A DNA stretch of 64,000 bases, from the IMG/VR virus record IMGVR_UViG_3300042861_002400. One strand, written 5' to 3'. Positions within the stretch are counted from its first letter, which is position 1; each line of letters starts with the position of its first letter. Below, piece by piece: positions 11,801 to 19,464 of the stretch. Both the position numbers and the translations under genes were made by a program. The notes below the pieces were generated by a model. That model ran no database searches, was not told where the DNA came from, and saw nothing but the letters and a program-made list of their open reading frames with translations. Source of the DNA: an uncultured virus (IMG/VR IMGVR_UViG_3300042861_002400) (lineage: Duplodnaviria > Heunggongvirae > Uroviricota > Caudoviricetes).

Positions 11801-14800
11801 TTAGCACCTACCGGTTCGGTAAGAAGACGGAACTCACGAAGCCTGAGACGTCAGCGGATCCACTCACCGCCGGGTTCAAGAAGACGATGGCGCAGATGGC
11901 GGCTCCCGCCACACAACCCCCTCGCGCGGCGACGACCCCTGCCGTCCCGCAGAGCGACGCTGTCCTCTTCGCAGAAGTCCAGCGGAAAGATCCCGGCCGC
12001 TTGGCTTGGATCTCCCAGCAGATCGACAGCGGCGCCCTCGACGGCAAGACCCTCTACTGCTACGCCCACCCCGGCGTCAAGTGCCACGGCCAGTGGATCG
12101 CTGAGCGGCAGGCCCGGGTCCGTCCGCAGGCTGCCCGCATCACGGTCAAGAATGTCTCCGATCCGTCCGGTAAAGCCGTGGATGATCCGAATGGCGTCTA
12201 CATCGGGCGGCCTGGCCGCCTGGGCAATCCCTTCGGCGCAGAGTCGACTACAGCTACCGTCAAGGTCAGCTCTGCCGCGGAGTCCACTGAGGTATTCGGT
12301 CGGTGGCTGGCGATGGCACCGGAGAAGGTACAGGCGACCCCCGCAATTATTCCCGCTCAGGAATCTCCGGCCCCCGCACCCGCGCAAAAGGCGGCTGTGG
12401 TTCCCGCTCAGGAACCTGAAGTAATTCCTGAGGCTAAACCCCAGGCCCTTAATGTTCCGACAGAACAAACTGCCCCAGAGGCCCTCCCGCCTTTCTTCCA
12501 ATCCAAGACCCTGTCGGGCCGGTCGGTCGACGTGTCGCGTGACGGCGATCGTTGGATTTCTCGCGTCTTCCTGGAAGACGGCGACGAGGCGGTCAGCACC
12601 GTCGACGAGGCGACGGCCCGGAAGTTCTACGAACGGCGCGTTGAGTCGAAGCCTGTCCCGGAACCGAGCAAGGAGGACGAGATCCTGCCGCCGAACCCTA
12701 CTATCATCGAGGAGGCGAAGCCGACCGAGGCCCCCTACGAGATCACCGAGACCCATGGCGATTACGAACGACACATCGTATCTGACGGTCGGGGCTACGT
12801 GGTCCGGAATAACAAGGACGGGAAGATCACCTACGTCGATGGCAAGGGCGCCTTCCGCGATCCCAGGGCCACCAAGGCTATGCAGGACCGGTTCATCGGC
12901 ACGCAACTCGCGGATCTCGAGGCCGGCGCGGCAGCCGCCCCGGAACCCGAAACTACGGGGGTCACCGAGTTCCTCCCCTCCGAGATCTCTTCCGACCAGA
13001 TTCTCCTGGGTAACGGCAACATGGTCCCGGGCACTCCGGATCAGATGACCGCCCTCGCCCGGTTCGATGAGGTCTCCTCCCACGCCTTCGGGGACGCCGG
13101 CCGCGCTGGTTCGACGACGGTCATTATGGGCCGGCCTGGCGTCGGCAAGACCACGATTCTCAATGAGGCACTGCGCCGGATTCGCCTGCGTTACGGCGAT
13201 CCGCACGGCCCCCTCCCGGGCGGTCTCTACCTGGCGACGCCGACCCACATGGCCTCCGGCGTGGTTGGCATGCTGACCACTTTCTGGCACCAGATCAGTT
13301 GGGCCAATCGCCCGACGCGCCAACGCCCCGCCGTCCTGACGACGGCCGCGCTGCTGGGCGCCCGCCCGGAGCCGCCGCACGACAAGCGGACGGGTCGTCC
13401 GGACGCGGGCTACGCGAAGCGCGGATCGCTGTTCTATCCGAGCGTCCAGGCGGCGATGGCAATGCGCTATCCGCCGGACATTGCCAAGGCCCGGATGGTC
13501 GTGGTCGATGAGAGCTCCATGCTCCAGGACGGGGAACTTGAACTGCTGAAGGAGTGGCAGAAACAGCGTGGCGTCGAGCTCGTGTTTCTGGGCGACTCGG
13601 CCCAGCTGCCGCCAGTTCGCGAAGGCGGCGGCGTCACAGGTCCCGATATCGGGTCCGTCTTCCGCAGCGGGTTCAAAGCCGACAAGGTCGTTGAGCTGAC
13701 CCAGGTCATGCGCCAAGGGACGGGTAACCCGCTTCTCAACGTGCTCGAGCGCCTGCGCAAGGCGATCTTCGCCGCTCCTACTGAGGCGGAGAAAGCGACG
13801 AAGCTTCCAGACGCCGAGGCGATCAACCCTAAGACGGGTGAAGGGTACGCCAGTATTGGCAACGGGGCGACCGCCTTCGACGCCCTCAAGGCCAGCATCA
13901 CGGTGGACTTGTTCCGCCGCGATCCGCTCGCCCTGCGCGTCTACAGCCCGACCAACTGGGGCGTGCGGCAGTGGAATGAGCGCGTCTTCGCCCACCTGTT
14001 CCCGCAGGAAGCGGTAGCCGGGCAGCGGGTCGCCCAGGGGGCGGTCGTGCGAGCCTATGCCAATGTCAACCTCGCGGATGACATGGCCGGAGAGGCGAGA
14101 GCAATGCAGGCGTTCCTCAAGGTCTCCGCCTACTCCAACTCCGACGACTTCGTCGTGACAAAGGTCGGCCCCGCGCAGAAACTGGGCGGCCCGGTACCGG
14201 CCGTCGCCGGGCTGGCCGGTCGGTTTGTCGAACTCGAAGCAGCTGTCCCTGGGGACCGGCTGACGGGCGAGACGACGAACCGCGTCTTCCTGGTCGACGC
14301 CACGCAGGGCAAGGCGCTCGTGGCCGCCATCCAAGTAGTGCGCTCCCAGATGGCCTCAGCCTTCCAAGCGAGGGATTGGAACCGTGCGTGGCCGCTGCGA
14401 GACTTGGTGTCCGTGCTGACGGCGGGCGTCGTGAACTTCGATACGATCACCGGGGCCGGGGTCAAGTCGGATGCTGAAACGACCGACCGGGCGGGCCTTC
14501 CGAAAGCGATGGATCTGGGCTACGCGTCAACCATCCACAAGGGGCAGGGCGCGACCAACCGGATCGCCATCGTCGATACCGGTGCGGTGGACGCGGCCAA
14601 GAAGTTCCCGCTCTTCACCCGCCTGCAGCTCCTCTACGTGGGCCTCAGCCGGGCCTCCAAGGCGGCGATCGCTGTGCAGCCGTCCACCACTTCTCGCTGG
14701 TCCGCCGAAACGGTTGCCGCGTTGCGCAATGTTCTAGACCAGGCCGGCGTCGATAACCGTCCGCCTCCCCGGGTGGAGAAAGCCGACGACTACGGCGGAT

Positions 14801-17800
14801 ACGAAGAGCGGGCATCCGCACAGTTCGCAACCCCCGACACCGCCGACCGCGGCGACGCCGATCTCTCCCTCCTCAACGAGAAGGACCAGGACCTCGTCGA
14901 CAACGGTATGGACGGACCGCGCGCTTCGGCGCTGTCTGCGGTCTGGAATCTGAACTATTCCTATAACCGCTTCCGGCATCTCGGGTTCGTCTCTGGGGGC
15001 GACCAGTTGCTACACGAACTCGCCGATGAATGGGGCAGCCTGGACGCCTGGAAGGATCACGGCATGGCCGAGATCAACCGGATCCATCGGATCTACGGCA
15101 GCGACGACGGCGTCCTCTACGAGATGCTGGACCTCGATACGATCCGGCAGGGCAAGCGTCCTTTCTTCTCCCGCGGCAAACTCAAGGTCACCGGGCATCT
15201 CGACGAGCGGCAGCAGCTGCAGGCCGAGATGTTCCGCTGGATTGCCGCCGCTCTGCGCGAATACCGTGACGATAGCGGGCGCGCCCCCGTTGCGGACCTG
15301 CTCGACAAGGCCCGCAATGAGCAGTGGAGCGACGAGCGGCTGCGCGAAGCGATCGATCCCTACCTGGACAAGGCCATGGTGACCTGGGGCCACCAGGTCC
15401 GCGACCCGCACGTCGAACAACCGGAGCCCGGCGAGGTCGACGCGGACGGCAATCTCAAGAAACAGATCTATCTGCCCGACCAAGAGCTCGCCCGCACGGT
15501 GCTCGACCGGTTCATGGGCAGCGAGGCTCACGCCGAGCTCGTCAAGGCCGGCCGGCGCGACGGGGTAGAGCTGGACTGGTTCGCCGATCTAAAGGCGTTG
15601 GACAAGTTCTACGAGGGCTTCCCGGCCAAGCTGAAGAGGCTGCACGGTTACGTTCAGCATCAGTGGGGCGTGGGTTTCCGCGACACCGACGTCCGGGCGG
15701 CTGAGAAGATGATCCAGCGGGAACTCGGCAACCTGGCCGTCCCTGCGGCGTCCCCGCTCCTGTCGGACAGCGCACTCCTCCCCAAGTCGAAAGACAATGC
15801 GATCGACGCGACCCAGATCGCACTCTACAACCGGCTCACCGGTAACACGTTTACCCAGTCTGACTTCTACGACGCGGGCGTCACGAAGGTCCAGGATCTC
15901 AATGCTCTGATCGCGAGCGAACTTCATAAGCACGTCGTCACAATGGCGACGGCGAAGATTCGCGGGCAGGCGATCGACGAGGCGCTGTTCAAGCAGGAAC
16001 TGGAGCTGTTGCGCAAGCTGAAGGACCTGACCAACGAGTACGGCTTCCGCGAGTGGGCCCCGCCCATGCTGAGGCGCCGGCTGGACGGATCCTATGAGGA
16101 CATCTACCGGCTGACCAGCAGCGCCGACGGCCGGTCGAACCCGCTGATGCCTGCGACAATGGATTTCCTGCGCCTGCGTCAGACTTACCTCACACAGACG
16201 GTGACCGCCATCCGCAATCGGGACTTGGCCCGCAAGTCGGTTCTGTCACAGGATGAAGACGGCATGCCCGGGATCATTATGATCCCGAGCGAAGGCAAGG
16301 ATGTCCTGGCCTTATTGCCCCGTGGCGTGCAGGTCGAGATGGGCCTTCGCTGGGCGAAGGCGCGCGGCAAGGCGTTCAACCCGACCGCAGATATTCGCGG
16401 CCAGCTGATCGCACTCGAGGGTGAACTGAACCCCGACGAGTGGGCGACCTATGCGTCCCCGTTCCCGAGCGTCGACCGCATCCGGGTCCGCAAGGGCAGT
16501 TCGGCCGAGGCGGCCCTCAAACACTGGATCGAACGCCCGATGCAGTGGCGTGTTCATGGCACCGACCTGCTTGAGCGCTTGATGCATATCACCCAGTGGG
16601 GCAAGATGCTGGGCGTCGGCCACTCGCTCTTCTTCGCTGTCAGCGTGGGCGAGTCAGCGGCGGCTGGTTCCGGCCTTGAGAACAACCTGCTGTGGGGTAA
16701 GGACCTGACCGGCACCTACAAAGGGCGAGGACCCCAAGTGGCGCTTCGCAAGATGAAGGACCTGGCGCTGCTGCAGGCCGCCGGGGATCCGGAGCTTGCC
16801 GACTTCATGTACAAGCTGGGCCGGGCGGGTATCGAAACCGGCGGCGAGATTCCGCTTGACATGGCGGCGGGCATGTTTGACCGCGATCTCCATGGGATCA
16901 TTGAGGCGATCGGGGACGCGCATGGCGAGAAGGCCAAGGAACGGGCTCGCCAGGCGCTGCACTACCTGTCGGGCCGGTACCTGAGCGAGCGGTTCTTCGG
17001 CAAGCCCGGCGTCCGGGGCGGCCTGTTCCAAGCCTCGAAGGTCTATCTGACCGATCAAATGGCGCGCCAGGTGGCCAAGGAGCAGGGCGAGGAATGGGAC
17101 AAGCTGACGGACCGCGCACAAATCCGGATTCTCCGGCAGATCGCCCCGTTCATCAACGCGGCCTACGGCGGCGACAACTGGCGCAAGTATTGGTGGTCGA
17201 CGCCCCGGGTTGTCCAGTTCCTGAACCTCGCCCTATTCGCCCCGCAGTGGACCTGGGCCGCTTTCAATGTGGCCGGCGGTGGGCTGCTGACCGGCGGGCT
17301 GCTCGGGAACCACATGTCCTCAATGACTCGCCGACTGACGCTCCGCAACGCCGTCATGATGTGGGCACTGGTCCTAGGCGCCATCCCCGCGATGGTGCAG
17401 GCGGCGGTCTATGCGACGGCCGCTGCGATGGGCGGGGGCGGGGATCCTGATGACCATCCGTTCCCGGAGCAGAACGAGGCGGGCCGCAAGACCTACATTG
17501 ACGTGACGCCTATGGTCCGGATGATGCCTGGTTACCAGGGCGACCCGACCGGTAAACGGCGTGTCTATATCCGGTTCGGTAAGCAGGCTTGGGAGGTCTA
17601 CAATGGCTGGCTCACGAAGCCGATCGACACTGCCTTGGGCAAGATGTCGGTTCCCGCCAAGATCGTCTACGAGCAGATTACTGGCACGTCGCCCGGCTCC
17701 GATTGGACACTCGAGTTCAACGGACGTGGGCTAGCGGGCTTTATCGCGGCCCCGAACCGGGATGGCGAGATGACCTTCATGAAGTCGCGTCTCGGCTATA

Positions 17801-18285
17801 CCGTCCAGAAGTTCCTACCTATGTCGGTCATGTCGTCGATCGCGAATCAGGACTCCGGTCTGTTGCCACTCATCGCCCCGGTCAGTCACGGCAAGAGCCA
17901 GGGCGCGGCGACCGCGGATCTCGTGATGGTGCTGAACACTGTTGCTGAGGATACGACCTGGAAGTACGCCCGCAAGACGCCCGGCGTGGTGGAGAACCTG
18001 CGGGGTCTCGGCAACGAGATCATCGAAGGCGCCCGGATCAACGGCTACGACACGGACAAAATCGTGACCACCGCGAAGTCGGTGGTACTGGGACGGCTCT
18101 ACAAAGAGTTCTCGGCTGCGTTGAACGACAATGATACCGTCTTGATGGACCGGATCGCAAACCGGATCCTGCGCGTGGGCGGGACGATCCGCGGGCTGAA
18201 GGCCTCAGTTACCGCTCGCCGGGCGGGAGCCAACAAGACCCCGTCACAGGAAGAGCTCGCTGCCATCGAAGCAGCGATGCAGTAA
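2857..18285 (+). CDS. giant (5142 aa) virion polyvalent protein: two-barrel RNA polymerase + DUF4326-like module + SF1B helicase
   Basis: CAGGAG SD before GTG; uninterrupted ORF. RNAP-like motifs MFDG, DKG, RTP, GVDQDGDKD and NIAIDDPSK. Helicase motifs GRPGVGKTT, VVDESSM, GDSAQLPPV, LTQVMRQ, YASTIHKGQG and YVGLSRA. N- and C-terminal regions are hydrophobic and Ala/Gly-rich. Confidence 0.85.
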   Translation: MPDIYAGSVFGDRTELLQRFRADNPRYTEWGDKSLYSVMALNDPSLPKRVQKDADPDFKDGSQFLAAYRQGNPAAQGMDDATLGSTLVQQMPELQVFGFGKPAAAEATPVEAAPVVSPFEVDFRSRHPQWIGPAPKGEIAGLRGADVYQEIMAANAEGRAGFGEGFGGNWESMVPFYGTAKAAIDVGRLALTARKMQNGEEVSDQEKLDLNIFLADQDRDANATILGKAGAIVAGSFGFAGEFAATAAMGAGLSAMAARGGTQVAKSAVQKFAASWAKQRVWDAAADGAARATGKFMTRNVGQEAMEAYTKGRVYRGATGAAGAAARMAVGGAVQTGVAAGVQLAASGTTAAAAETELYAALENKPMDRGRAFAIGLGKELIERSSEFTGGSLLNGAWLAAPASWQAKFAKFASDEATRLATRLPREAAVKAANETAKTVQRKWAMGMFLVDFAKKHSLNYADAAKSLVKVGYNGVLEEAAEERLGGFLHGLFGTDGTEGGLRTAIEGALPTSEEAVAELLAFSMPLAAVKATDMAQKHLSGVFGNDVVGTVAAVKKFTDPAPIYVDTTDGKRDAVTEATVTAEEADTARKFFGELAEKGQEAGAPGARLFDVAMSVLTLPLHGDPTRIMYGSLERALTAETGLNVIDAYRRVKEARIQAGATPENAAKDARAAIEAAVVPAFMKRAEIRRNLPPELQEEMKAKLQPGQAQPMLGSQHRGMMESPNALFSDALNAELVRQGFLVVKPISDNRTVDKDDSVLRSLVEEYDGIDKTTPEGQRRLIELAISSGAVGVGQLGDFTDSKFVDRIDARFKHLRTVRQEYGDDTTFHPGMQVRHGKDLFVVVSRVGDVVNVRRSAYDGSQEEMPVDVKQFSLSDPARPWSKVRPYVYHDRSSYYGTKAEIEALPQMKGYNFDEVANRMSERENADGTTVPVYSVSFGMTNWKASDGVAALRWRPEVGPYSIVEDMVVETRARFLFGSVSRAPGAMDAMAKLDALLREMKSKKAVEAGVDAKGDKQAVAEATRDLDALISAIGRGKDESEESYRGRVDEIFGKLALQMEAGYDYASYAPVEHLPYQALFSLLKTGAYAQAWGQVRQDFINAMDKIAGEGWQSRYANPFTGLVEVVKPALVKEAGSVAAGKQATREQKSALKENARDKKDEAAKEARETMAPTEPKSKPVTQPNPNLKSVKNPLNPPKQQDTESKKEAEANKQDAQKQAEAALPEYGMPDKFTAPGRAGVVGLERDGTTGKWTLTAPNGDVRTVDESAARQYWKRTLKKEAPDTVPSAPTANLPPKVDQAAAAAIAKQDADLASVDAFLADDDGKEHASALLAERKNAARRLDSFLDYLEKGNDERALDWPGLIDRLRAAQSQAEIDAVVQEMVDRQERIGILRVKPSLMRFALQVKYRQTPEVAKEYANEIKKSIGDLFDRTFGTEAPTEDDEEQGAKGGDLDAYNADRRLDAMLEQPALAVFTALTRRFFTGPQLHLAVAKVYRDHAAMLDKAILNETNYRAFLTSDLSGDSSGLRSLQTALRAVPHGDAVTVFTNWLTVMYPKPLATLETTADGSAVTKVKMHRNASSFVLLRQIRRALTNIFNDPMRLQDLDLVVGSLESAIATTDREEIAKAAVSFLQAVSDETGEGLSSAATWEAVGSALRAEDSEERSALLRAVNGVAKGLRKFVLAEAEASPEKWATNWAAALNTVMLGGSDNLAKGSANAFNGRTGMPNKRQGRSAFQAIVAQTSMTMYAESAATPVKGSRKQGYAPESAMNGPGKFPIVEVIGLTRAAKEFIEDIRLRPEDADTMGVEEIEGLQKKLYARFAASFERAEASGEAVLPLYLFAYEGAKNNLDMVEIPVEAVLGKEGKPPATFEEAFELMSAANESQFSLPTTVKEARQLYMKRKDKYRSGGQKMIDVEGGVTSKTAFVIDADAPIQLRKADGSTVSLPAGSMFDGVEYLTPSYSEKTLRSYGLWRGAALKATVVSDASVPSQYYDKGMKLTAAPSVFRPLVAAVAAAGYDAVNDTATIKALSRKQPATLEVTLANKDTVILSGFREEVPWKQERLNGVFDSDPLSHLRFAPLPIPTYGLMNLGDGSKRARLMLAASDKAPVMGALAESLRDNMKFSKPIVNAMGGNAEALAYPVTRSIVLTTAASSVGEAAPTVWGFLSVVVPSGGYVGKDKKTAYFPFGGEDYYSMPYRGPDGKVMFGRARANIADPGFRYEAVVPANVNLGQVERALQDMSPKNAPDVRAAARDQLSQLLRYEWEGRSIPVPSTVSFDDLYDANGEFISSRLVFDGAAMKLHPEALAVLMSAPRMLTRTPDGPNAHVAQFISAPFTFRDAGGNLKPGIENWHAVHPLTTGLRGVDQDGDKDLNYGAAYRFDAPTRGYTQVRSIDEDHPAHVNAEFTQSLFEGFENVSDWDLNSSIDTSLLENTLVNWEGAYETVKKLSSDGVLPPTLKTPEEVRALFNTWEAQRKLWALSRTANNLKGVIVAQYAAMQMVFRYLGLVYPESYTMTFKNLRTGAPDAIKVSRPVADPNSDRVVALAFMQFVNIAIDDPSKQQVAYLLMNPDTMGLFQILAAGHKFEATTLEAATKEIQAFYQQFVDFLQSPEVKRLAEVRKELAEKGTRADAGEEWEALMGEDGKLPSPYAALREFEIWNRRLQNLTQGLLSFKKRPSSLSRLDAQIDAVATMGGFEVTRGGDAVVELGKRSLARYGEVYMGPGSLYAREDVREMADRLKKGDSFDPAKRSDKPYADLGDARVARFTEALEQAVMIDATANALPEDIMGRLHAAALASPDADRQEIGRATDAVNLKFPALGRTLILTAGPSIASAAMLASPGNVWWQNVEIAKRRGEARISAEFQIRQNESLTDEFANELQTAFDKTGEQWVGGKLQIKDKDGSVAAEFTRGEVMMIMAWYALQNEGAASSMLQAMSPAFHRELATRFNNELKVGFDATRQKYLIGYIRKQTAIEYRPQRFSTYRFGKKTELTKPETSADPLTAGFKKTMAQMAAPATQPPRAATTPAVPQSDAVLFAEVQRKDPGRLAWISQQIDSGALDGKTLYCYAHPGVKCHGQWIAERQARVRPQAARITVKNVSDPSGKAVDDPNGVYIGRPGRLGNPFGAESTTATVKVSSAAESTEVFGRWLAMAPEKVQATPAIIPAQESPAPAPAQKAAVVPAQEPEVIPEAKPQALNVPTEQTAPEALPPFFQSKTLSGRSVDVSRDGDRWISRVFLEDGDEAVSTVDEATARKFYERRVESKPVPEPSKEDEILPPNPTIIEEAKPTEAPYEITETHGDYERHIVSDGRGYVVRNNKDGKITYVDGKGAFRDPRATKAMQDRFIGTQLADLEAGAAAAPEPETTGVTEFLPSEISSDQILLGNGNMVPGTPDQMTALARFDEVSSHAFGDAGRAGSTTVIMGRPGVGKTTILNEALRRIRLRYGDPHGPLPGGLYLATPTHMASGVVGMLTTFWHQISWANRPTRQRPAVLTTAALLGARPEPPHDKRTGRPDAGYAKRGSLFYPSVQAAMAMRYPPDIAKARMVVVDESSMLQDGELELLKEWQKQRGVELVFLGDSAQLPPVREGGGVTGPDIGSVFRSGFKADKVVELTQVMRQGTGNPLLNVLERLRKAIFAAPTEAEKATKLPDAEAINPKTGEGYASIGNGATAFDALKASITVDLFRRDPLALRVYSPTNWGVRQWNERVFAHLFPQEAVAGQRVAQGAVVRAYANVNLADDMAGEARAMQAFLKVSAYSNSDDFVVTKVGPAQKLGGPVPAVAGLAGRFVELEAAVPGDRLTGETTNRVFLVDATQGKALVAAIQVVRSQMASAFQARDWNRAWPLRDLVSVLTAGVVNFDTITGAGVKSDAETTDRAGLPKAMDLGYASTIHKGQGATNRIAIVDTGAVDAAKKFPLFTRLQLLYVGLSRASKAAIAVQPSTTSRWSAETVAALRNVLDQAGVDNRPPPRVEKADDYGGYEERASAQFATPDTADRGDADLSLLNEKDQDLVDNGMDGPRASALSAVWNLNYSYNRFRHLGFVSGGDQLLHELADEWGSLDAWKDHGMAEINRIHRIYGSDDGVLYEMLDLDTIRQGKRPFFSRGKLKVTGHLDERQQLQAEMFRWIAAALREYRDDSGRAPVADLLDKARNEQWSDERLREAIDPYLDKAMVTWGHQVRDPHVEQPEPGEVDADGNLKKQIYLPDQELARTVLDRFMGSEAHAELVKAGRRDGVELDWFADLKALDKFYEGFPAKLKRLHGYVQHQWGVGFRDTDVRAAEKMIQRELGNLAVPAASPLLSDSALLPKSKDNAIDATQIALYNRLTGNTFTQSDFYDAGVTKVQDLNALIASELHKHVVTMATAKIRGQAIDEALFKQELELLRKLKDLTNEYGFREWAPPMLRRRLDGSYEDIYRLTSSADGRSNPLMPATMDFLRLRQTYLTQTVTAIRNRDLARKSVLSQDEDGMPGIIMIPSEGKDVLALLPRGVQVEMGLRWAKARGKAFNPTADIRGQLIALEGELNPDEWATYASPFPSVDRIRVRKGSSAEAALKHWIERPMQWRVHGTDLLERLMHITQWGKMLGVGHSLFFAVSVGESAAAGSGLENNLLWGKDLTGTYKGRGPQVALRKMKDLALLQAAGDPELADFMYKLGRAGIETGGEIPLDMAAGMFDRDLHGIIEAIGDAHGEKAKERARQALHYLSGRYLSERFFGKPGVRGGLFQASKVYLTDQMARQVAKEQGEEWDKLTDRAQIRILRQIAPFINAAYGGDNWRKYWWSTPRVVQFLNLALFAPQWTWAAFNVAGGGLLTGGLLGNHMSSMTRRLTLRNAVMMWALVLGAIPAMVQAAVYATAAAMGGGGDPDDHPFPEQNEAGRKTYIDVTPMVRMMPGYQGDPTGKRRVYIRFGKQAWEVYNGWLTKPIDTALGKMSVPAKIVYEQITGTSPGSDWTLEFNGRGLAGFIAAPNRDGEMTFMKSRLGYTVQKFLPMSVMSSIANQDSGLLPLIAPVSHGKSQGAATADLVMVLNTVAEDTTWKYARKTPGVVENLRGLGNEIIEGARINGYDTDKIVTTAKSVVLGRLYKEFSAALNDNDTVLMDRIANRILRVGGTIRGLKASVTARRAGANKTPSQEELAAIEAAMQ

Positions 18286-18287
18286 AT

Positions 18288-18323
18288 AAAAAAAAGCCCG
18301 GCTGACAGTTAAGTCAGCCGGGC
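18288..18323 (-). terminator. intrinsic terminator at the convergence of the + and - gene blocks
   Basis: Perfect 11-bp stem GCCCGGCTGAC/GTCAGCCGGGC with an A8 run on the left (U-tract on the - strand); may be bidirectional. Confidence 0.85.
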
Positions 18324-18342
18324 CTCTATTCGTTCAAGCCGC

Positions 18343-19464
18343 CTACTGGTGATCAATCACCGCGCAGTAGAGGAAATCCCCGTTGCGGTAATACACTGCC
18401 GTCCTGCCACTGTCATTCGTGGCCGCCGCCGGCCAGCCGCCCGGGCCGATCTTGATGCGGGTTGAGGGCTTGTCCAGCACCTGGACATACACCACACCGT
18501 CATCCTTGAAGGCGGCCCCGACGGACTTTGACCCGGGGATCTTGAAGAGCGCGATCGGCTGACGGATCTCGGCGTCGGCCGGACCTCCGCTCGGCAACTT
18601 CGCCGGGTCGTGCGAGGCGACGCTCTTCCTCGGCGTGACGACGTTGTAGAGGATGCCGTAGCCCCGCAGGATCATCGCCCACCAGATCCGCTTGGGCTGC
18701 GCGTCCGACGTGCAGTTGGCACAGCGCCATTCGTCTGCTCCGATGTCATACGGGGGCTTCGACTGGACGGGGATCGGCTTGGTATCGATCCCGAACCGGG
18801 TGACAGTGGACGGATGATTCGTATACCCCACGCAGGAACAGCCCTGGGCGGTCGCGTAGACCTTCTCGCCGCTGGCACCCATCGGCACACGGGTCTTCTG
18901 CAGGACGTCGCCTGTGGCGACGCTGACGACCCAGCACAGGCCATCCGTGGCGATCAACCGCACTTCATTGGCATTGGCGCCCGGGACGACCATGGCGTTG
19001 CCCTTGTGGATCTGGTAGCGTTTCGCCCACACCAGGTTCCCGGCGAGATCCAGCCGCACCAGGAGCATGCCCCAGGCACAGGTACGGACCTGTTTGTCAA
19101 GAGCGAGGGGTGGGATCCCCGCTGCGGCGCCCGTCTTGTTGAACGGGATGCCTGCGTCCTCGACTTCCTTGACGCCGAACTTGCACTCGGCGATGACCCC
19201 GCCATCGGGCAGATCGGTCAGCGAGCCCATGTAGGCCCGGCTTGCGTACTTCTCAGCCATCCCGAGCAGCCCGGCCAGGACGGTTCGCTGCTGGTTCGTC
19301 TTCAGGAACAACGCCTGCGCGAGCGGTCGGAACTCCGGCCCAAGTGGACGGGAGATGTAGACCGCATTCATGTCGTTGTCGGCGATTAACCAGCCGTTCG
19401 GACTGGTGGCGAACCGGACAAGACCGGCGGCGTTGATGACTCGATTGTTACTCAGTACCTTCAT
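18343..19464 (-). CDS. hypothetical protein, beta-rich (possible propeller), 373 aa
   Basis: Long ORF coupled by an ATGA overlap to the upstream gene; propeller-like strands such as LVRLDLAGNLVW and VSVATGDVL. Confidence 0.6.
   Translation of the reverse strand: MKVLSNNRVINAAGLVRFATSPNGWLIADNDMNAVYISRPLGPEFRPLAQALFLKTNQQRTVLAGLLGMAEKYASRAYMGSLTDLPDGGVIAECKFGVKEVEDAGIPFNKTGAAAGIPPLALDKQVRTCAWGMLLVRLDLAGNLVWAKRYQIHKGNAMVVPGANANEVRLIATDGLCWVVSVATGDVLQKTRVPMGASGEKVYATAQGCSCVGYTNHPSTVTRFGIDTKPIPVQSKPPYDIGADEWRCANCTSDAQPKRIWWAMILRGYGILYNVVTPRKSVASHDPAKLPSGGPADAEIRQPIALFKIPGSKSVGAAFKDDGVVYVQVLDKPSTRIKIGPGGWPAAATNDSGRTAVYYRNGDFLYCAVIDHQ

Noticed and set aside
2641..14334. Long antisense ORFs (2641-4659, 9232-10851, 11851-14334)
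   Set aside because: These are shadow frames of the GC-rich giant gene and carry no recognisable motifs.
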